A stretch of DNA of 64,000 bases from Diplonema japonicum (GCA_964019335.1 OZ025709.1:248001-312000), one strand, 5' to 3'. Positions 1 through 12,367 are shown, counted from the stretch's first letter. Numbers and translations are program-made. Notes: generated by a model from the sequence alone, not told the origin.

Positions 1-1215
1 CCGGTCCCCAAGGTTTCTTAAATCTCTGTGTAGTACCCCAAATCTTCAAAAAAACTCATACTCACCCCTAAGTTTTAAAATGCGTGAATTCGGTCCCCTT
101 AGTTTCATAAATGCTCAAAGTAGACCCCCTTGGTTTTCAAAATGTTCAAATCCGGACCCCTTAGTTTCGGAAATACACAACCTGGGCCCCCGATGTTTCA
201 TAAATGCTCAACATTTTTTCACCCCAACATTTCCTACAGCTCTTTTCCCCATCATTATATCACAAAAACCAATCCTGGCTTTCTTTTTTTTTTTTTTTTT
301 TATTTATAGTTTGATGAAGAAGTGGCAGAGTACCTGAGAGCCATTGACCCCACCAAATGGGCTGACTTGCACTTCCCCACCTGCTGTTTTGGAGTTTACA
401 CCGACGGGAAGCACCAAGTCGACCTCAGAGGGACGTTCATCGTTGGCGCTAAAGCAGAGCTGCTCTTGCCCTCTCTTCAGGAGAGAAGGGCTTCCTTGCG
501 CGCATCTCTGTACAGCCTGCTCAAAAGAGAGCATCGATGTCCTTGGCATGGTTGCCCCATTTCTTCGATATGGCTTTCATCGGCTTGCATACGCGGGTAT
601 CCTCCAGCCCAAAATACCTGGGCCGAAGACGGCACTTTACCGCCCATTTTCAAGAAAGGTGTAGGGAGGAAAAAGAAGAGGATCCCCAGCAAGAGCGAAA
701 GGAAGAATGCCTGCAGTCGTTGCGGTGTTCTTGGCCACAAAACTTCGGCGTGCACCAACTCTCCTGATCCTCCAAGAAGAAGCAAAGGTTTTCTTTCAAA
801 TGCTGTAATCTTTTACACAGAAAGACACCTTCGACGCAGCCCTCTAAGAAGTAGCCTTGGTTACCCGGGCTGTCTTTTTCTTTTCCTTTCAAGTTGCCTA
901 TTGTTAAGGAACATGCATGCGCACAACCTTGTTGAGCATTAATGAAACATAGGGGACCCAATCGGGTTATTCATGAAACTAAGGGGGGGTTTTTTGAGCA
1001 TTTTGAAAACTAAGGGGTTGACTTTGAGCGGTTTCCCACCGTAGGGGCCTAGTTAGGGCATTTGAAAACCTGAGGGGGCGGACTTTGAACACTTTGGAAA
1101 CTTAGGGGGCGGGATTTGAGCGTTTTGAAGACTTAGGGGGTGGACTTTGAGCATTTTGGAAACCTAGGGGTCGGAATTTGAGCGGTTCAGAAACTTAGGG
1201 GTCGAGTTAGGACTC
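1..1215 (+). mobile_element. Non-autonomous/degenerate MULE (Mutator/Foldback-like) element with long modular TIRs; left end outside window
   Basis: ~31-bp degenerate repeats (e.g. cccctaagtttt..aaatgctcaaa) at 1-212 are mirrored in inverted orientation at ~930-1215. The interior encodes a frameshifted SWIM finger (CSCPLFRREGLPCAHL, 344..664) and a CCHC knuckle after a GRKKKR motif (CSRCGVLGHKTSAC, 322..942), typical of MULE transposase C-termini. Confidence 0.75.
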
Positions 1216-1390
1216 TAGTTATTTTTTTTATTGAAACAAGAAACAGAAGTTTAAAAAAAAAATAAAAAAATACATTCACAAAAAAAAAGGGGGGAAAAAA
1301 CAAAACAAAAAAGAAAGAGAGAAAAAAGGCGATGTTTAAGGGCAAATCCGACTTGAGGACCACCCTTAAAAAAAGATCTAGTTTAAGAAA

Positions 1391-3045
1391 TCACCACACC
1401 CGTTGGGGCCCTGTAAACACCGGGGACCCAGCATCCACAAACATATCGGGACAAGATAAGGCAAGGCATCTCAGCAGGCTCTTTGTTGCTATCGTTGTAG
1501 CTTCCTGGGGCACGACACCTTGCTGCTGCCTTCTTGCAGGAGAAACATCGCTGGAACCACAGTTTGAGCCTGCAAGATGCTGAAACGCTTGGAGGCCCGC
1601 GTTAAAAAAAGCAAGCGAGGCAGCCCTGCGATGCGGAGCAGCAGTGTATTTATACAGCAAGGACAAGAGCGTCACAAAAGGAAAAGTAGGTTCAGACCAA
1701 GTCCCTGAAGGGAGCGATGCCACTGTGTGCTTAACGACATCATCAAGCAGCAGGTTGATGACAGAAGGAGGAAGGTGAAAAGAGTGCGAAAGCTGGGAGT
1801 GAACCGATACCGCGGTAAGGTAACCCGAGATGGCACCGAAACGTATTGTCCCAGGGTTTTGTATCTCCTCGTACTCTTCGAATATTCTTCTCAGCACCAC
1901 CAAGTCACCGTGGGTGAGCTTGAAACACCGCTCCGCCCTGGGGCGTTCCCTCCGTCTCCACTCTGCTTCTGCCCCGTACCAAACATCATGACCTCCACCA
2001 CCTACCATTTCTATGTAGCTTTCCTTCACAACCGTCCTGGCTGCCAGCGTTGCCGCCACTGCCGCAACTTTCTCCGTCCACTCCTTGTCACCCTTTTTTG
2101 TTTCCTCGACCCCTTTCACCCATAAACATATAAACTCGCCCATTCCCAAGAAACCGGTTCTGTTCGGGTCCAGCGTGGTGTTCACCCATGTCCGGACTTC
2201 ATTCAGCGTCTTGTACTCCTTGCTCAACCGTGTGCCAAGGGACACAAAATGGTCCGTTGGCTGCATGGTGTACGGTTTCCTGTTGTAATTGATTTTTTTT
2301 GAAGAAGAAAAAAGAAGGGGGGTGTGCTTTATTATTATTACAAAATCATGAAGCTTCCTCTCTTCACGGCCTTTCTGCTTTTCATAACAGGCTTCGGTGG
2401 TTCAGCAGGCGGCGGGGATGGAACCGATTCATCGAACGGTGGGGGAGCAGGGTGGGCTACTTCTACTTCTGTTTCCGTGCCTGCTGCAGTTCTCTCTTGG
2501 GTGTTTGTATATAGCTCCTCAACGGATTCAAGGTCGGCAACGGGAGGTTGTGCTGGGAAAAGATTCTCAGAAGTTGGAGTTGAAGGTGGCGGGGAGATTC
2601 CAAGGCACTCCGAAATCGGTGAGTTGAGTAGATACACCCCAGGGTGAGCAATCGATGGAGTGATAGGTGAGCTATCTCCGCTTCCTTGTGTTGTATTCTC
2701 GCTGTAGTCCAAGAGGTGTCCCTGTAATGGTGGTACACTTGGAGCCTGCGGTGTCTTCAGCCCTTCCCTGTGTATTCTCTCCTGTTTTTGTACAATGTGT
2801 TGGTTTGGTATTTCTGGTTGGTTTGCGGGTGTACCAGGGCTGGACTTTCCCACCCTCTTTCCTTTCGGCGGTGTCCTCTGAACATATCCACCGCCCCCCC
2901 TCACCGCCCTGTTCGCCCTCTCATCAGCCACCACTTTTTTCCAGTCTGTTGTTGGGTAAAAATCCGTTTCATACAACGGTGTCAATCCCTGTTCCGCCCA
3001 TCCTTGTGGTAATACATCAAGATGACATTTTAGTGTGTGTTGCAT
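1391..3045 (-). CDS. Hypothetical protein, probably two exons: join(2342..3045,1391..2279), predicted 62-nt intron 2280..2341
   Basis: ORFs 2338..3045 and 1391..2266 are joined in frame (..FMIL|KPYTMQPT..) by removing GTAATAAT...TACAACAG. The N-terminal half is Pro/Ser-rich. No recognisable domain. Confidence 0.55.
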
Positions 3046-3062
3046 CTTGGATTGTTAAAAAA

Positions 3063-3145
3063 TCCTCTCGGCCGGAATCGAACCAGCGGCCGCGCGATGG
3101 CTAACATTCTACAGTCGCGCGCTCTACCAATTGAGCTACGAGAGG
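3063..3145 (-). tRNA. tRNA-Tyr(GUA) with 10-nt canonical intron
   Basis: Minus strand reads CCTCTCGTAGCTCAATTGGTAGAGCGCGCGACTGTAG[AATGTTAGCC]ATCGCGCGGCCGCTGGTTCGATTCCGGCCGAGAGGA. Full cloverleaf with A/B boxes and intron at 37/38. Confidence 0.95.
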
Positions 3146-3151
3146 CTTCGA

Positions 3152-3430
3152 TTTTTTTTGCAATAATAACCACTGGGGGAAAACTGGGGGTGGGGGGAGG
3201 GGTGTGGGGTGTGTCCAGTCTTTTGTCTGGAGTAACCGAGAGGGCCACCACGTGGGCTGAACCTTCCCTTCGGTGCTCCGTTCCCCCCTTCCTGGGACAG
3301 CCGACCTGGCTGATTACATTCGGGGCGGTCCCCTCGAGGCTGAACGCAGGGGCGTTCTCTTGCTGCGCCCTGCGCCCTCCCGGCCTTCCCTGTGGCTGCC
3401 TCCCGGGAGGTTGTTTCTTGGCCCATTTGC

Positions 3431-3477
<47 letters not shown>

Positions 3478-6400
3478 GGGGACAAAGGGGTAGGGGGGGG
3501 GGTCTATAATGGGCTCACGATCACCCTTGTGCTGCGTCGGCCGGGGGGAAGATCCCACACTCAGACCATGATAAGAGCCCGGAGGCCTCGATGAAGGCGC
3601 AGACCTCGGCGGAGTGCTTGGAAAGCAGCGCGCGGAGCGGCAGCCCAGTGTCGTAGAAGGACTTAGCTGTGGGAGCCAGAGAATGACAGCCCCTCAGCAG
3701 GTGATCAGCGTCGAGCGGTGATTGAACGTTGCAGGCGGGGCAGGTGAGGTGATGACTCCCCTCAGCCCTCAGGGGTCCCTTGAGCTGGAGGTACCCCCTC
3801 ATCAAAGGCGTGTGTCCGGTCCGGAGCCGAATGATCAGGACCTCATCCCTCCTACTGAGTGGTGGGAGAGAGAGACATTCGCCACCGGTGACGAGGCGGT
3901 GGTGGCCGGGGGAGTCGCTGTTGTATCTCGCACGCGACCTTCCTCTCAGCCACGCTTTTATGGCCGCCTTGCTGGAGCGGTAGCTAACCCCGCAAGGCGA
4001 CTTCGACAGCCCGTCCCTGACCGCTCCGTCGGCGAGCTCGTTCCCCGTCACACCGCAGTGGGAGGGGATGTACCAGAAGTGCACATCACCAGAGCGTTTG
4101 GCCCTGAGCCAGGAAGCGGCATCCCAGATCCGTCTGTCCGTGGACTCCCTCTGCTGTCCGGGGCCTCCAGCGAGCCTCCGCAGCATCGTCTGTGAGTCGG
4201 TCAGCAGGTAGAGAGGGCGGCCCCTCAGGTTCACGACCGTTTTGTACACCTCCGCAGCCTCCTTCAACCCCATCAGGATAGCGGTGCCCTCGGCGCACAT
4301 GGGTGTGGAGACCATGCCGGCCCCGTGAGAGGTGGTAAGGGTGAGGTCCATGTCGGGGACTCTGAGGGCAACCCCAGCCCCCCCTCTCCCCCTTATCACC
4401 GAGCCGTCCGTGTACACTACCAGAGCGCCGCTTGGGATCTCGTCCAGCTTTTCCGCAGCCGCTGCCGCCCTCACATCGTCGGGGAGTGTCCTCCTGGTGT
4501 CGGTGGCGTAGGGATCGACGTGGATGCCTTCCGCCCAGGGGGGGGCTCTCGTATCAGGCCCTAGCGGTAGGGAAGCAACCGCACTCAGCCCAGAACTCCT
4601 CGTCGCCTTCAGCGCTCCCAAGGCCCATCCTGCGGTAGCTGCACCCCTGACCACCCTGTTCACCGGGGTTCCCACCCACCTCAGTGCCCTCTGCAGTAGA
4701 ATGGCAGAAGCAGGTACAAGGACCTGAGTGATGCTGCGGAACTGCCCCAGGACGAGCCGGAGAGGAGCCGCAGTATGCGAATTCGTTTGTCGTATCTCTC
4801 GATGATGTCGCGGGCATGGGCACCGAAAGACAAGTCAGCGTCAAGGATGACCCCTAGATACTTGGCCCTATCACGCCTCGCGACGGGGACGGCCGTGGAG
4901 AATTCATACACCAGCCCTTTGGAGACGAGTGCAGAGACGTCGCGTCGTGTCGTGGCCGTGCGGTTAACGGACAGGAGCCTCCTCCCGATCAGGTGAGTAG
5001 GTCCCCCGGCGATGAGTCGGCCCTTGAGCTCCAGCGGCTGGAATTCGAAGCCCGGATGCGTCGCCCCGGTCGAGGGGAAGTAGACGTGGAAGTCGTACGG
5101 TTCGCATTTGGGGGTGGGGACGTACAGCGTCTTCTCCCTGCTCAACTGCATCCCCCATCGTGTACACCAGTCTTCGACTGCACCCACTACCGCCGTGGCC
5201 CTGGCCTCGAGCTCAGTCCTTGTTGTGGCAGAGACTACTACCGCGACGTCGTCCGCGTAGATCGTGGAGAGCCCAGCCAGACCCTCAAGTTCCCTCGCTA
5301 GGTCGTCCACGAAGATGGTGAACAGCACTGGACCGAGTACAGAACCTTGAGGCACGCCACTCTTGATTTTGTAAGGGGTCCCCTTGACACCCTCCACGAC
5401 TACCCTCGCTGTTCTGGACGTTAGGAAGGAGGAAACCCACCTGGTGTAGGCCGTAGGGAAGCGCTTCTGAGACATCTTCTGAATGAGTGCCTCGTGGTTG
5501 ACCCTGTCGAACGCCTTTGAGAAGTCAAAGAGTATGGTGAGGCATGCCTCCTTAACTTCGGCGTTCCTTTTTATCGTCACATGCTGCACGATGGCGGCAA
5601 CCTGCTCCTCGGTGGACCTCCCTTTCCTGAAGCCAGCCTGGGCGGGGTGAAGTCCCTCTACCATCGTTGTCGGGGAGTCAAGTAGATACGTCACGCGGGC
5701 CTCGACCATCCTTTCCATGAGCTTGCCGAGGCAGCTCGTCAGGCTGATGGGGCGGTAGGACTCAATCTTCGTGGGGTCTTTGCCCGGCTTCGGGATCGGG
5801 ACGACTAGTGCCAGTTTCCACGTGTCCGGAACTTGCCCGCTCGCCCAGGAGAGATTGAACAGCTGTAGAACGATTCTCAGGGATTCCCTACCCAGACGCA
5901 TCAGCATCACGTTGAAGATTCCATCGTCGCCTGCAGCACTCTTCGTTCTCGTCCTGAGCAATTGTCTCAGCAGTTCGTCCATCGTGAAGTAGCCCGTTCC
6001 GCCCTCGTAGGGTTCCTGCGTCTGTCCTGTTGTGTCGAGACCAGGGACAGTGTCGTCTCCGCAGATCGTCTCGTAGTAGCGTCCGAGACGATCGGCCCTA
6101 GCCTTGTTGCCTGTGAGAAGAGCGTCGCCGTGTTGAAGGGGGGGGCATCGGTGGCCTCCATGACCTGCCGTCGAGCTCCTTGACTGCCTTGAATGCCGCA
6201 GGCAAGTTCTTGGAGGAGCTGAACTTGGAGCAGAGGCTCCTCCATGACTTCTCTTTGGATGCCTTCACCGTCTCGTTGACTGCATTGTTGAGCCCAGCGA
6301 GCCCTGCGTGATCTTCGGATTCCCCCCTGAGGATGGCGTCTCTGAGGGTGTCCCTTTCTTCAAAGGCCGTGTCCAGTTCGCTGTTCCACCATGGCTTCCT

Positions 6401-7400
6401 CTCGGTGAAACACCCGTGCCGAGGTATGTGCCTTGTTGCGGCTTCGCTCAGGGCTTCTTGGATCCTCTTGGCGAAGGTCGTGACCTGTTTGCATCCGTCC
6501 AGCCCTCGAAGCCTCCCGTCTACAAAGTTCTGGAACGCTTCCCAGTCTGCCTTCCGGTAGTTGTACAACTCAGGCGTGTATGCTCTCCTAGTCGGCCTCA
6601 GTAGGGGGACCTCGAATTGAAGGGGTGTGTGGTCAGAGCCCCAGGAACCCAAGTGGCAAGGCGTCCTGGGTTCCCATTTATCCTTGCTGAGGATCAGGTC
6701 AAGGACAGACCTGCTCCCTCCTCTCGTCCACGTGTGGCGGTCCGGTCTGTTCCATAGCACGAAGTTCTTGTTCTCCATCCATTCCCATACGGTCCAGCCC
6801 CTGTCGTTAGCTTTCGCAGCATGGTCCCAGCTTGAGTGGTGGGCGTTGAAGTCACCGCAGGCGATGTAGTCGTCTTCTTGGGGAAGGTCGGCCAGCTGGA
6901 GGGTCTGACCGCCTCTGGGCGGCAGGTAGAAGTTGCAGATGACCGCTTTGGAACTGTCACACCTGATTTCGACATCGAGCCTTTCCACGTCTTCGGAGAC
7001 AACACAAACCACCTCGCGAGCCTGAAGGTCCTTCTTGACCAGGGTGACAAGTCCACCTCCCCTCCCACTGCCAGCCTGGGCGGTTCGGTCCTTCCTGAAG
7101 ACTTGGTACCCCAGAGCCTGGAATTCGTCAGCTTGCACCAGCTTCGTTTCCTGAATGGCGATGACGTCCAGTTCCCTCTTTCTCGCTTGGTGAAGCAGCG
7201 TCGTCGTTTTGGCACCCCTTATCGAGTTACAGTTCCACGTGACAACTCGGAGGGGGCGAAGGAACCCCACAGGGCCCATGGCTAACACCTTTTGGGGACA
7301 GCGATCAGGCGCCGTTTCTTCTTCCCCGAGGGCGTCTTTGGTGAGCCTGGGGGCTTAGCGCTTGTCTGTTTGGACTCCGACGGGCCCCCCTTCTTTGAGG
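3152..7400 (-). mobile_element. Non-LTR retrotransposon LINE-A (APE-RT-RNase H-Zn finger; ingi/I-group-like), frameshifted, 5'-truncated
   Basis: APE (TWNCNS, IQET, GDFNAHH, SDH) at 6098..7288; RT (YRPISLTS, QAGFR, PQGSVL, YADD, YLG) at 4681..~6140; RNase H (YTDGS, TDSQ, HCGVTGNELAD) plus CPAC..H at 3521..4675. Two frame disruptions (~6140, ~4700). 3' UTR ends in TTATTATTGC-A8. Confidence 0.92.
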
Positions 7401-7977
7401 CTTCGAGAATAATTCCGAGGGTATTACTAGATTTGACCTAATAATAATTACCTTATTATTAACTGGAGAAACAGTAACCGGAAAAAGCGTGTTCATGAGA
7501 TATTCACAAGTGTGCTGCAAGGACAAGGACGGGAACATTTCGTAAGCCTTCTCAAAAAAAAAAAAAAAATACTGTAAAGCAAAAATCCACCGAAAGGAGG
7601 AATCTTTAGGGCACCTTGTGGAGATATCAGACGAGAGCCCGCATTTGGAGGGCCGCGAAAGGGACGCATTGGTCCATGCGGTATCCGAAGGCCACGTGGA
7701 AGCTGCTAGGGGCCGTCATGTGGGGCATGATGACCCAGCTGAAGGTACCTCATATGCGAAAGTGGATGTCGGAGAAGGCCAAGGCTCTGCAGGCGGGAAC
7801 AGCGACCTGGAGCTCGAAGGCTGAGATGCGTCCACGATGACGAGTCGTAGAAACTATCTCGTTGTTCCTTTGGAAGTCCCGCTTTTCGGAGCGGGTCCCG
7901 GGTGGATCTGTCTGGGTTTTGTTAGTTACGTTATTGAAAAGCATGTTATTTTTACGCATTCAACTCTTAAATTAAAA

Positions 7978-8046
7978 CATCTCAGGGGTTCTCGGGGAAA
8001 TGTAGCGATAAACGCCATTTCGAGGTCACGTGCACGATACCTGAGC
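7978..8046 (-). ncRNA. Possible single-hairpin (H/ACA-like, AGA-box) small RNA
   Basis: Minus-strand hairpin closed by CTCAGG/CCTGAG, with an internal loop and upper stem, and AGA at the 3' base. It lies next to U5. Structure only, no family recognised. Confidence 0.2.
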
Positions 8047-8125
8047 AGTCCCAGTATGTGCATTCTAGCTAGAAGGAAAAAAGAAAATAACAGGGGTCGC
8101 TAGAAAATGTTGGTTCTTCAAAAAG

Positions 8126-8235
8126 AAAGGTGCTAGACCTTTATAAAAATTACGTTATCACTTAGTGATCCATGTCCACGGTCATCTTTAGTAAAAGGCG
8201 AAAGATGAGTTCGTTATGAACAAGAATCGTGAGAT
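8126..8235 (-). ncRNA. U5: U5 spliceosomal snRNA
   Basis: Minus strand ATCTTTCGCCTTTTACTAAAGATGACCGTGGA carries the invariant loop I GCCUUUUAC and the CCG internal loop. Sm site AATTTTTA and 3' hairpin AAAGGT-CTAGC-ACCTTT follow. Confidence 0.92.
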
Positions 8236-8622
8236 GCCTAATCAAGACAAAGGCAAACCTCCTTTTACAAAGTATGGTACAACGAAAAGGGGTACGAAAG
8301 CTTCCAGGCTAATGGGAAAAACCAAAGCAATGGAACCCGAACCCACGTACATCGGGTAACTGAGCGGAATAAAAAGCGAAAATTAAAAATGAGTGAAGAA
8401 GGATAAATAGGCCTGCATACGAAACAGAGAGAAGAATACAAAAGAATAAAAGAGACTGACATCCTCAAGAGGAGCCTCCACGTACCAGGAATTAAGCAGA
8501 GGTTGCTTCCATGGCCCGTATCAGTCTATCGCCGGAAAGAATAATGAAAATAACAGAACGAAGTGAGAAAGGAAAAGAGAAAAGACGGCCTAGAGGTCTG
8601 TGAAATCTCGTAGCACGCCTAC

Positions 8623-8689
8623 ATGCGGAAAATCACCCCTAAATATGCGGAAAACCACCCCTTTAAATGCGGAAAATCACCCCTAAATA
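8623..8689 (+). repeat. 22-bp minisatellite (atgcggaaaatcacccctaaat), interrupted by the pogo element and resuming at 11212-11250
   Basis: Three units lie left of the transposon and two degenerate units right of it. Confidence 0.75.
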
Positions 8690-11211
8690 CTGTAAAACGA
8701 AAAACTCCCGGACGGAAAAATGTCCGAGTTTTTTTGGTGTCCGGGAGTTTTTCCGTCCGGGAGTTTTTCCTGTAAGGTCGTCAGGGGGCCTGGTCCACTA
8801 CCACCTACATACTGGCCTGGGCTGCAAACGGCAACCGCGCGAAGAAACCGCCACCAAACCACTGGGTATCTGGGTCATGTGTTTCGTGTCCGTATTATCC
8901 CTGGAAGAAGATACCGTGTGGGCATAAAGCTCAAGATAAAACTGATTGATAAAAGGCAAAAAGAAAAGAAAAAAAAGGGGGGGTAGAGCTATCTACTGTG
9001 CTACCTTGCCTCCGGGTTTGGCCGCTGCCTTCTTGCCTGCGGGCTTAGCTGCTGCCTTCTTGCCTGTGGGCTTAGCTGCTGCCTTCTTTCTTGCAGGCTT
9101 AGCTGTTGCCTTCTTGGCGGCCCTCCTGGCGGCAGCGTCATCCAGCCGTTGCTGGGTGAGACTGGGGAGTATCTCCACTGACGAGTCTGAAGAAACGGAA
9201 AAGGTTTCTTCGGTTATCGTCGAGGCGGCGGACACGGTGGTCGTGTCGGAAGATGCATCTACGTCGATGACTTCCACACGTCCATGCTCCATGTCCTGGG
9301 CAAGCCTGGCATATAGGGAGTACTCGTCTTCCTCCTCTTCCCAGACCTCCTCCCAGCCCCAGTCCTCTTCCCACTCTTCCTCCCATGTTTTTCCAACAGC
9401 CAGCACACACGCAACACCGGCGTATGCAGCAAGTACCGAAAACTCCCAAATTGGGCTCCATCCGGGTTCCAGGTAGTGGCCAAAACAGGAAACCCAGCTG
9501 TTCCTGATCGACTGGCCGGAGACAGCATCCCAGGCTGTTTCGACCCACCTAGGAAAAAAACAGGAAAAGAAAAAGCCTCGTGGCATACCTCAAGTGAGGC
9601 CCTTTAATCGAGCTAGTAGAGGGCACCTCCCATGATTCAGCCGCCGCCCCTGAGGCAATCAGCTTGTCGAGCCTTCGTGTGGCCCACTTTTTATAACTGT
9701 TCTTAATAGATGCTTTTACAGCTGCGTTCAACCCAATATCCATCGGTTGAACCATGTAGGTGAGCCCAGGGGGGACAAAAGCAATGTGCACGTTTGTGCC
9801 TTCGAACAACTCCAAAAACTCATCGGTCGAATGACAGTTGTAGTCATCGACAAGCAGCAGAATCGACTCGTTCGGGGCAAAACCATGAGAATCGATGGTT
9901 TTACTGCAAAAAGGAAGAAACAGCTTTTTGACCCAGATACTGAGTGTATCATAATTAGCCCAATGACTGGGCGATGCCGTTAGGCTCCATTCGGCGGGCG
10001 GGTGCTTGACCCGGGGCACGGACCCTGGATAAACCCTGTCGGCTGCAGGTTCCGTTCTGCCTTTGTATATAAGTTGCGGATGCAACTTATCCCCAGCCAG
10101 GGAGACAGCCAGCTGTCCGGTTATGGCCCGTTTGTCCCCCAAGCCACGGACTTTTACGACCTTTGCACCCCTTTTCGTTTTGGTTTTTAACCCCAACGGC
10201 AACAGCTGCAGGGAGGTTTGGTCCATATTCCAGACCAATTCAGGCCTTACTTTATGGGTGTCGATTATTGACCTGAATTGCATGGCGAAACAGCGTGCCC
10301 TCTCTTTGTCCTTCTCGTTTCCAGGTTTTCCGGTGGTGGGCCTGCTGCTTTTGTAGCCTTTCCTGCTGCAAAGCTTGTCAGCCCAGCTGGTGGAAAAGGA
10401 CAGTGCCCCACCAAAGTCTACCAGCTCTGTCTTTCGGGCTGGATTAGCGCGCAGCAGCCCTTCTGCATAGGTGCATATTTGTTGCGCTGAGATAGGCTCG
10501 CCAAGTTCGTTTTGCCTATCGACCCAAGCAAAAACCTTGGCAGTCTCTGCCTCGGCCAGAAGAGGTTTGCGACCGACGGTAAAGGGGGCAGCAACAGGCC
10601 CAACAGAGCCTCCAAAGTTTTTTTTCCAGTCGGAAATACTGGACGTTGCTAGTTCCACCCCCTCTTTCGTGCGGTACCACGACCTGGCCGCCGCGACGCC
10701 GTGGGTAGCAGCGTATCGCCCAATAAGGGCTTTAGTATCCTTCGGGAGCTGGAGCTGCTTTCGGGGGTTTGTTCTGGCCTTCTTGGCCCGGTGTAAGGAG
10801 TTTATCTCCTCCACCTCTCGGGGGGTGAGCTGGTCGGAAGTGTCAGCAACCAAAGTTGGGTGCCTCACAAGCCAACAAGTTGCTCAACGTGCCTTGGGTA
10901 GTCGAACTGGTCATTTGACGAAAGAAGTACGGGTTTATGAGATTGAAGTTAAGATCCTGTGGGTGCTGTTTGTTGGTGCATTGAAAGGGAGGGAAAAAAA
11001 ATTCAAACTGCCACGCAGGGTAAACATTTTGGCTCTGCATACGAGTCTGCAAAGCCCTTCCAGGCAAACATGGTGGTATGGGAAAAAAAGCAGGAGGTGC
11101 TACCCCCCTTCCGTAAAAAAGACTTTTCCCCAGAAAAACTCCCGGACGGAAAAATGTCCGAGTTTTTTTGGTGTCCGGGAGTTTTTCCGTCCGACATTAT
11201 TCGTTTTACAG
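8690..11211 (-). mobile_element. pogo/Tigger-like DNA transposon (Tc1/mariner superfamily), apparently intact
   Basis: TIRs CTGTAAAACGAA / TTCGTTTTACAG, flanked by a TA duplication. Sub-terminal 'aaaaactcccggacgg' palindromic repeats occur at both ends. Confidence 0.92.
8993..10868 (-). CDS. DDE_1 (pogo-type) transposase, join(9589..~10868,8993..9548), 40-nt intron 9549..9588
   Basis: HTH/CENP-B-like N-terminus; NMDQT, LLVDDYNCH and VQPMDIGLN catalytic motifs. Splicing restores HLR|WVETAW..IRNSW. Acidic then KKAAAK-rich tail. Start codon uncertain (the ORF-track start is non-ATG). Confidence 0.85.
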
Positions 11212-11519
11212 TATGCGGAAAATCACCGCTTTATATGCGGAAGATGACCACGCCCTGCCGACCCTGCAGAGGCTTCCCCAAGCCCTGTACCCCCACACAC
11301 CCCCCGAAGAATTCCAAAGCCCTGGGAAAAGCTTTAAAAAATGGATTCTTTGGGTTCTCGGCCTTGCAGGTGGCGCTGCGAGTCCGGATAAAAGACCCCC
11401 AACCCAAAATAACGTAGGATCAGGGGGGTTTGCTGCAGGCTTCCCCAAGCCCCACAGGCGGGCGTGGCCCTGCCGACCCTGCAGAGGCTTACCCAGGTAA
11501 AAAAGGAGTAATAAAGTGA

Positions 11520-12350
11520 CTATTCATTATGAGAAAAAACTACCGACTTGGTGAGTGACTCTGAAAATCTCTTTTGTGAAAAGTACAAAAGCCGCGCAGT
11601 CTTGGCGAGCTCCGCCAAAATTATGGCATATTGTACTGCCGCCGTAGAGCCGAAATATCCTGCAGTTCTCGCCACCTGGTTGGCACAGGACTCGTTTCTC
11701 GGGTGCACGATGACAGGGAACCCTCAACTCCACTGAGAAGAACACATCCGCGGGTGTTGGTACTATCTCAGGACCAGCCCCTTCTTCTCCATCATTGCAC
11801 TATCCATCATGTCGCTTTTGATTGCGCGAGGTCCTCCAGATGTGGGGGGCCTTGGCCCCATGTCTGGCGTAATGTGCATGCCACCTTTCGTTCTATTGAA
11901 CCATGTTAGCCAGCTCCCCCATACCAAATGGCTTTTTGTAAAAATTTTCCACTCTCCACGGTAACCTATTTTTATTTCCACTAAACCATGTAAGTAAGAA
12001 CTTTTTTTCCACCGTCCACGGTAACCCACAACTTTTTTTCCAACGTCCACGGTGGAGGTGTGTGTGCACTTGGCACAACCAGGGCTCGAAAAAAGACACC
12101 AAGAATTTCTCCTGGAACTTGGCAAGGGCGATTTCCAAAGACGAGGTATCTGGCGTCTGATGTACTTCTCCACCCCTCGCCCCCCTGCCTGTGAAGGATA
12201 TGCCAAGGATGACCTCAAGCCCCCTGTTGTCACGAAGTCACAGATAGGCAGGCCAGCAAAGAGGAAGCGAAGTGAGAGAGAAGGGGAAAATAAATGCAGC
12301 AACTTGTAAAAACCTTTATTGCTCAACCGCTGCGCCACAGCCACAATCAT
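11520..12350 (+). pseudogene. Degenerate MULE-like transposase remnant
   Basis: LKPPVVTKSQIGRPAKRKRSEREGENKCSN resembles the MULE C-terminal PP..GRP.KR..CxxC motif. It contains stops and is interrupted by short 'ccacggtaacc' repeats at 11945-12055. Confidence 0.4.
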
Positions 12351-12367
12351 CCCAGCCTTCAGGGTAG

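Noticed and set aside
7600-7850. GC-rich coding-looking stretch
   Set aside because: No long open frame and no recognisable domain; probably decayed sequence.
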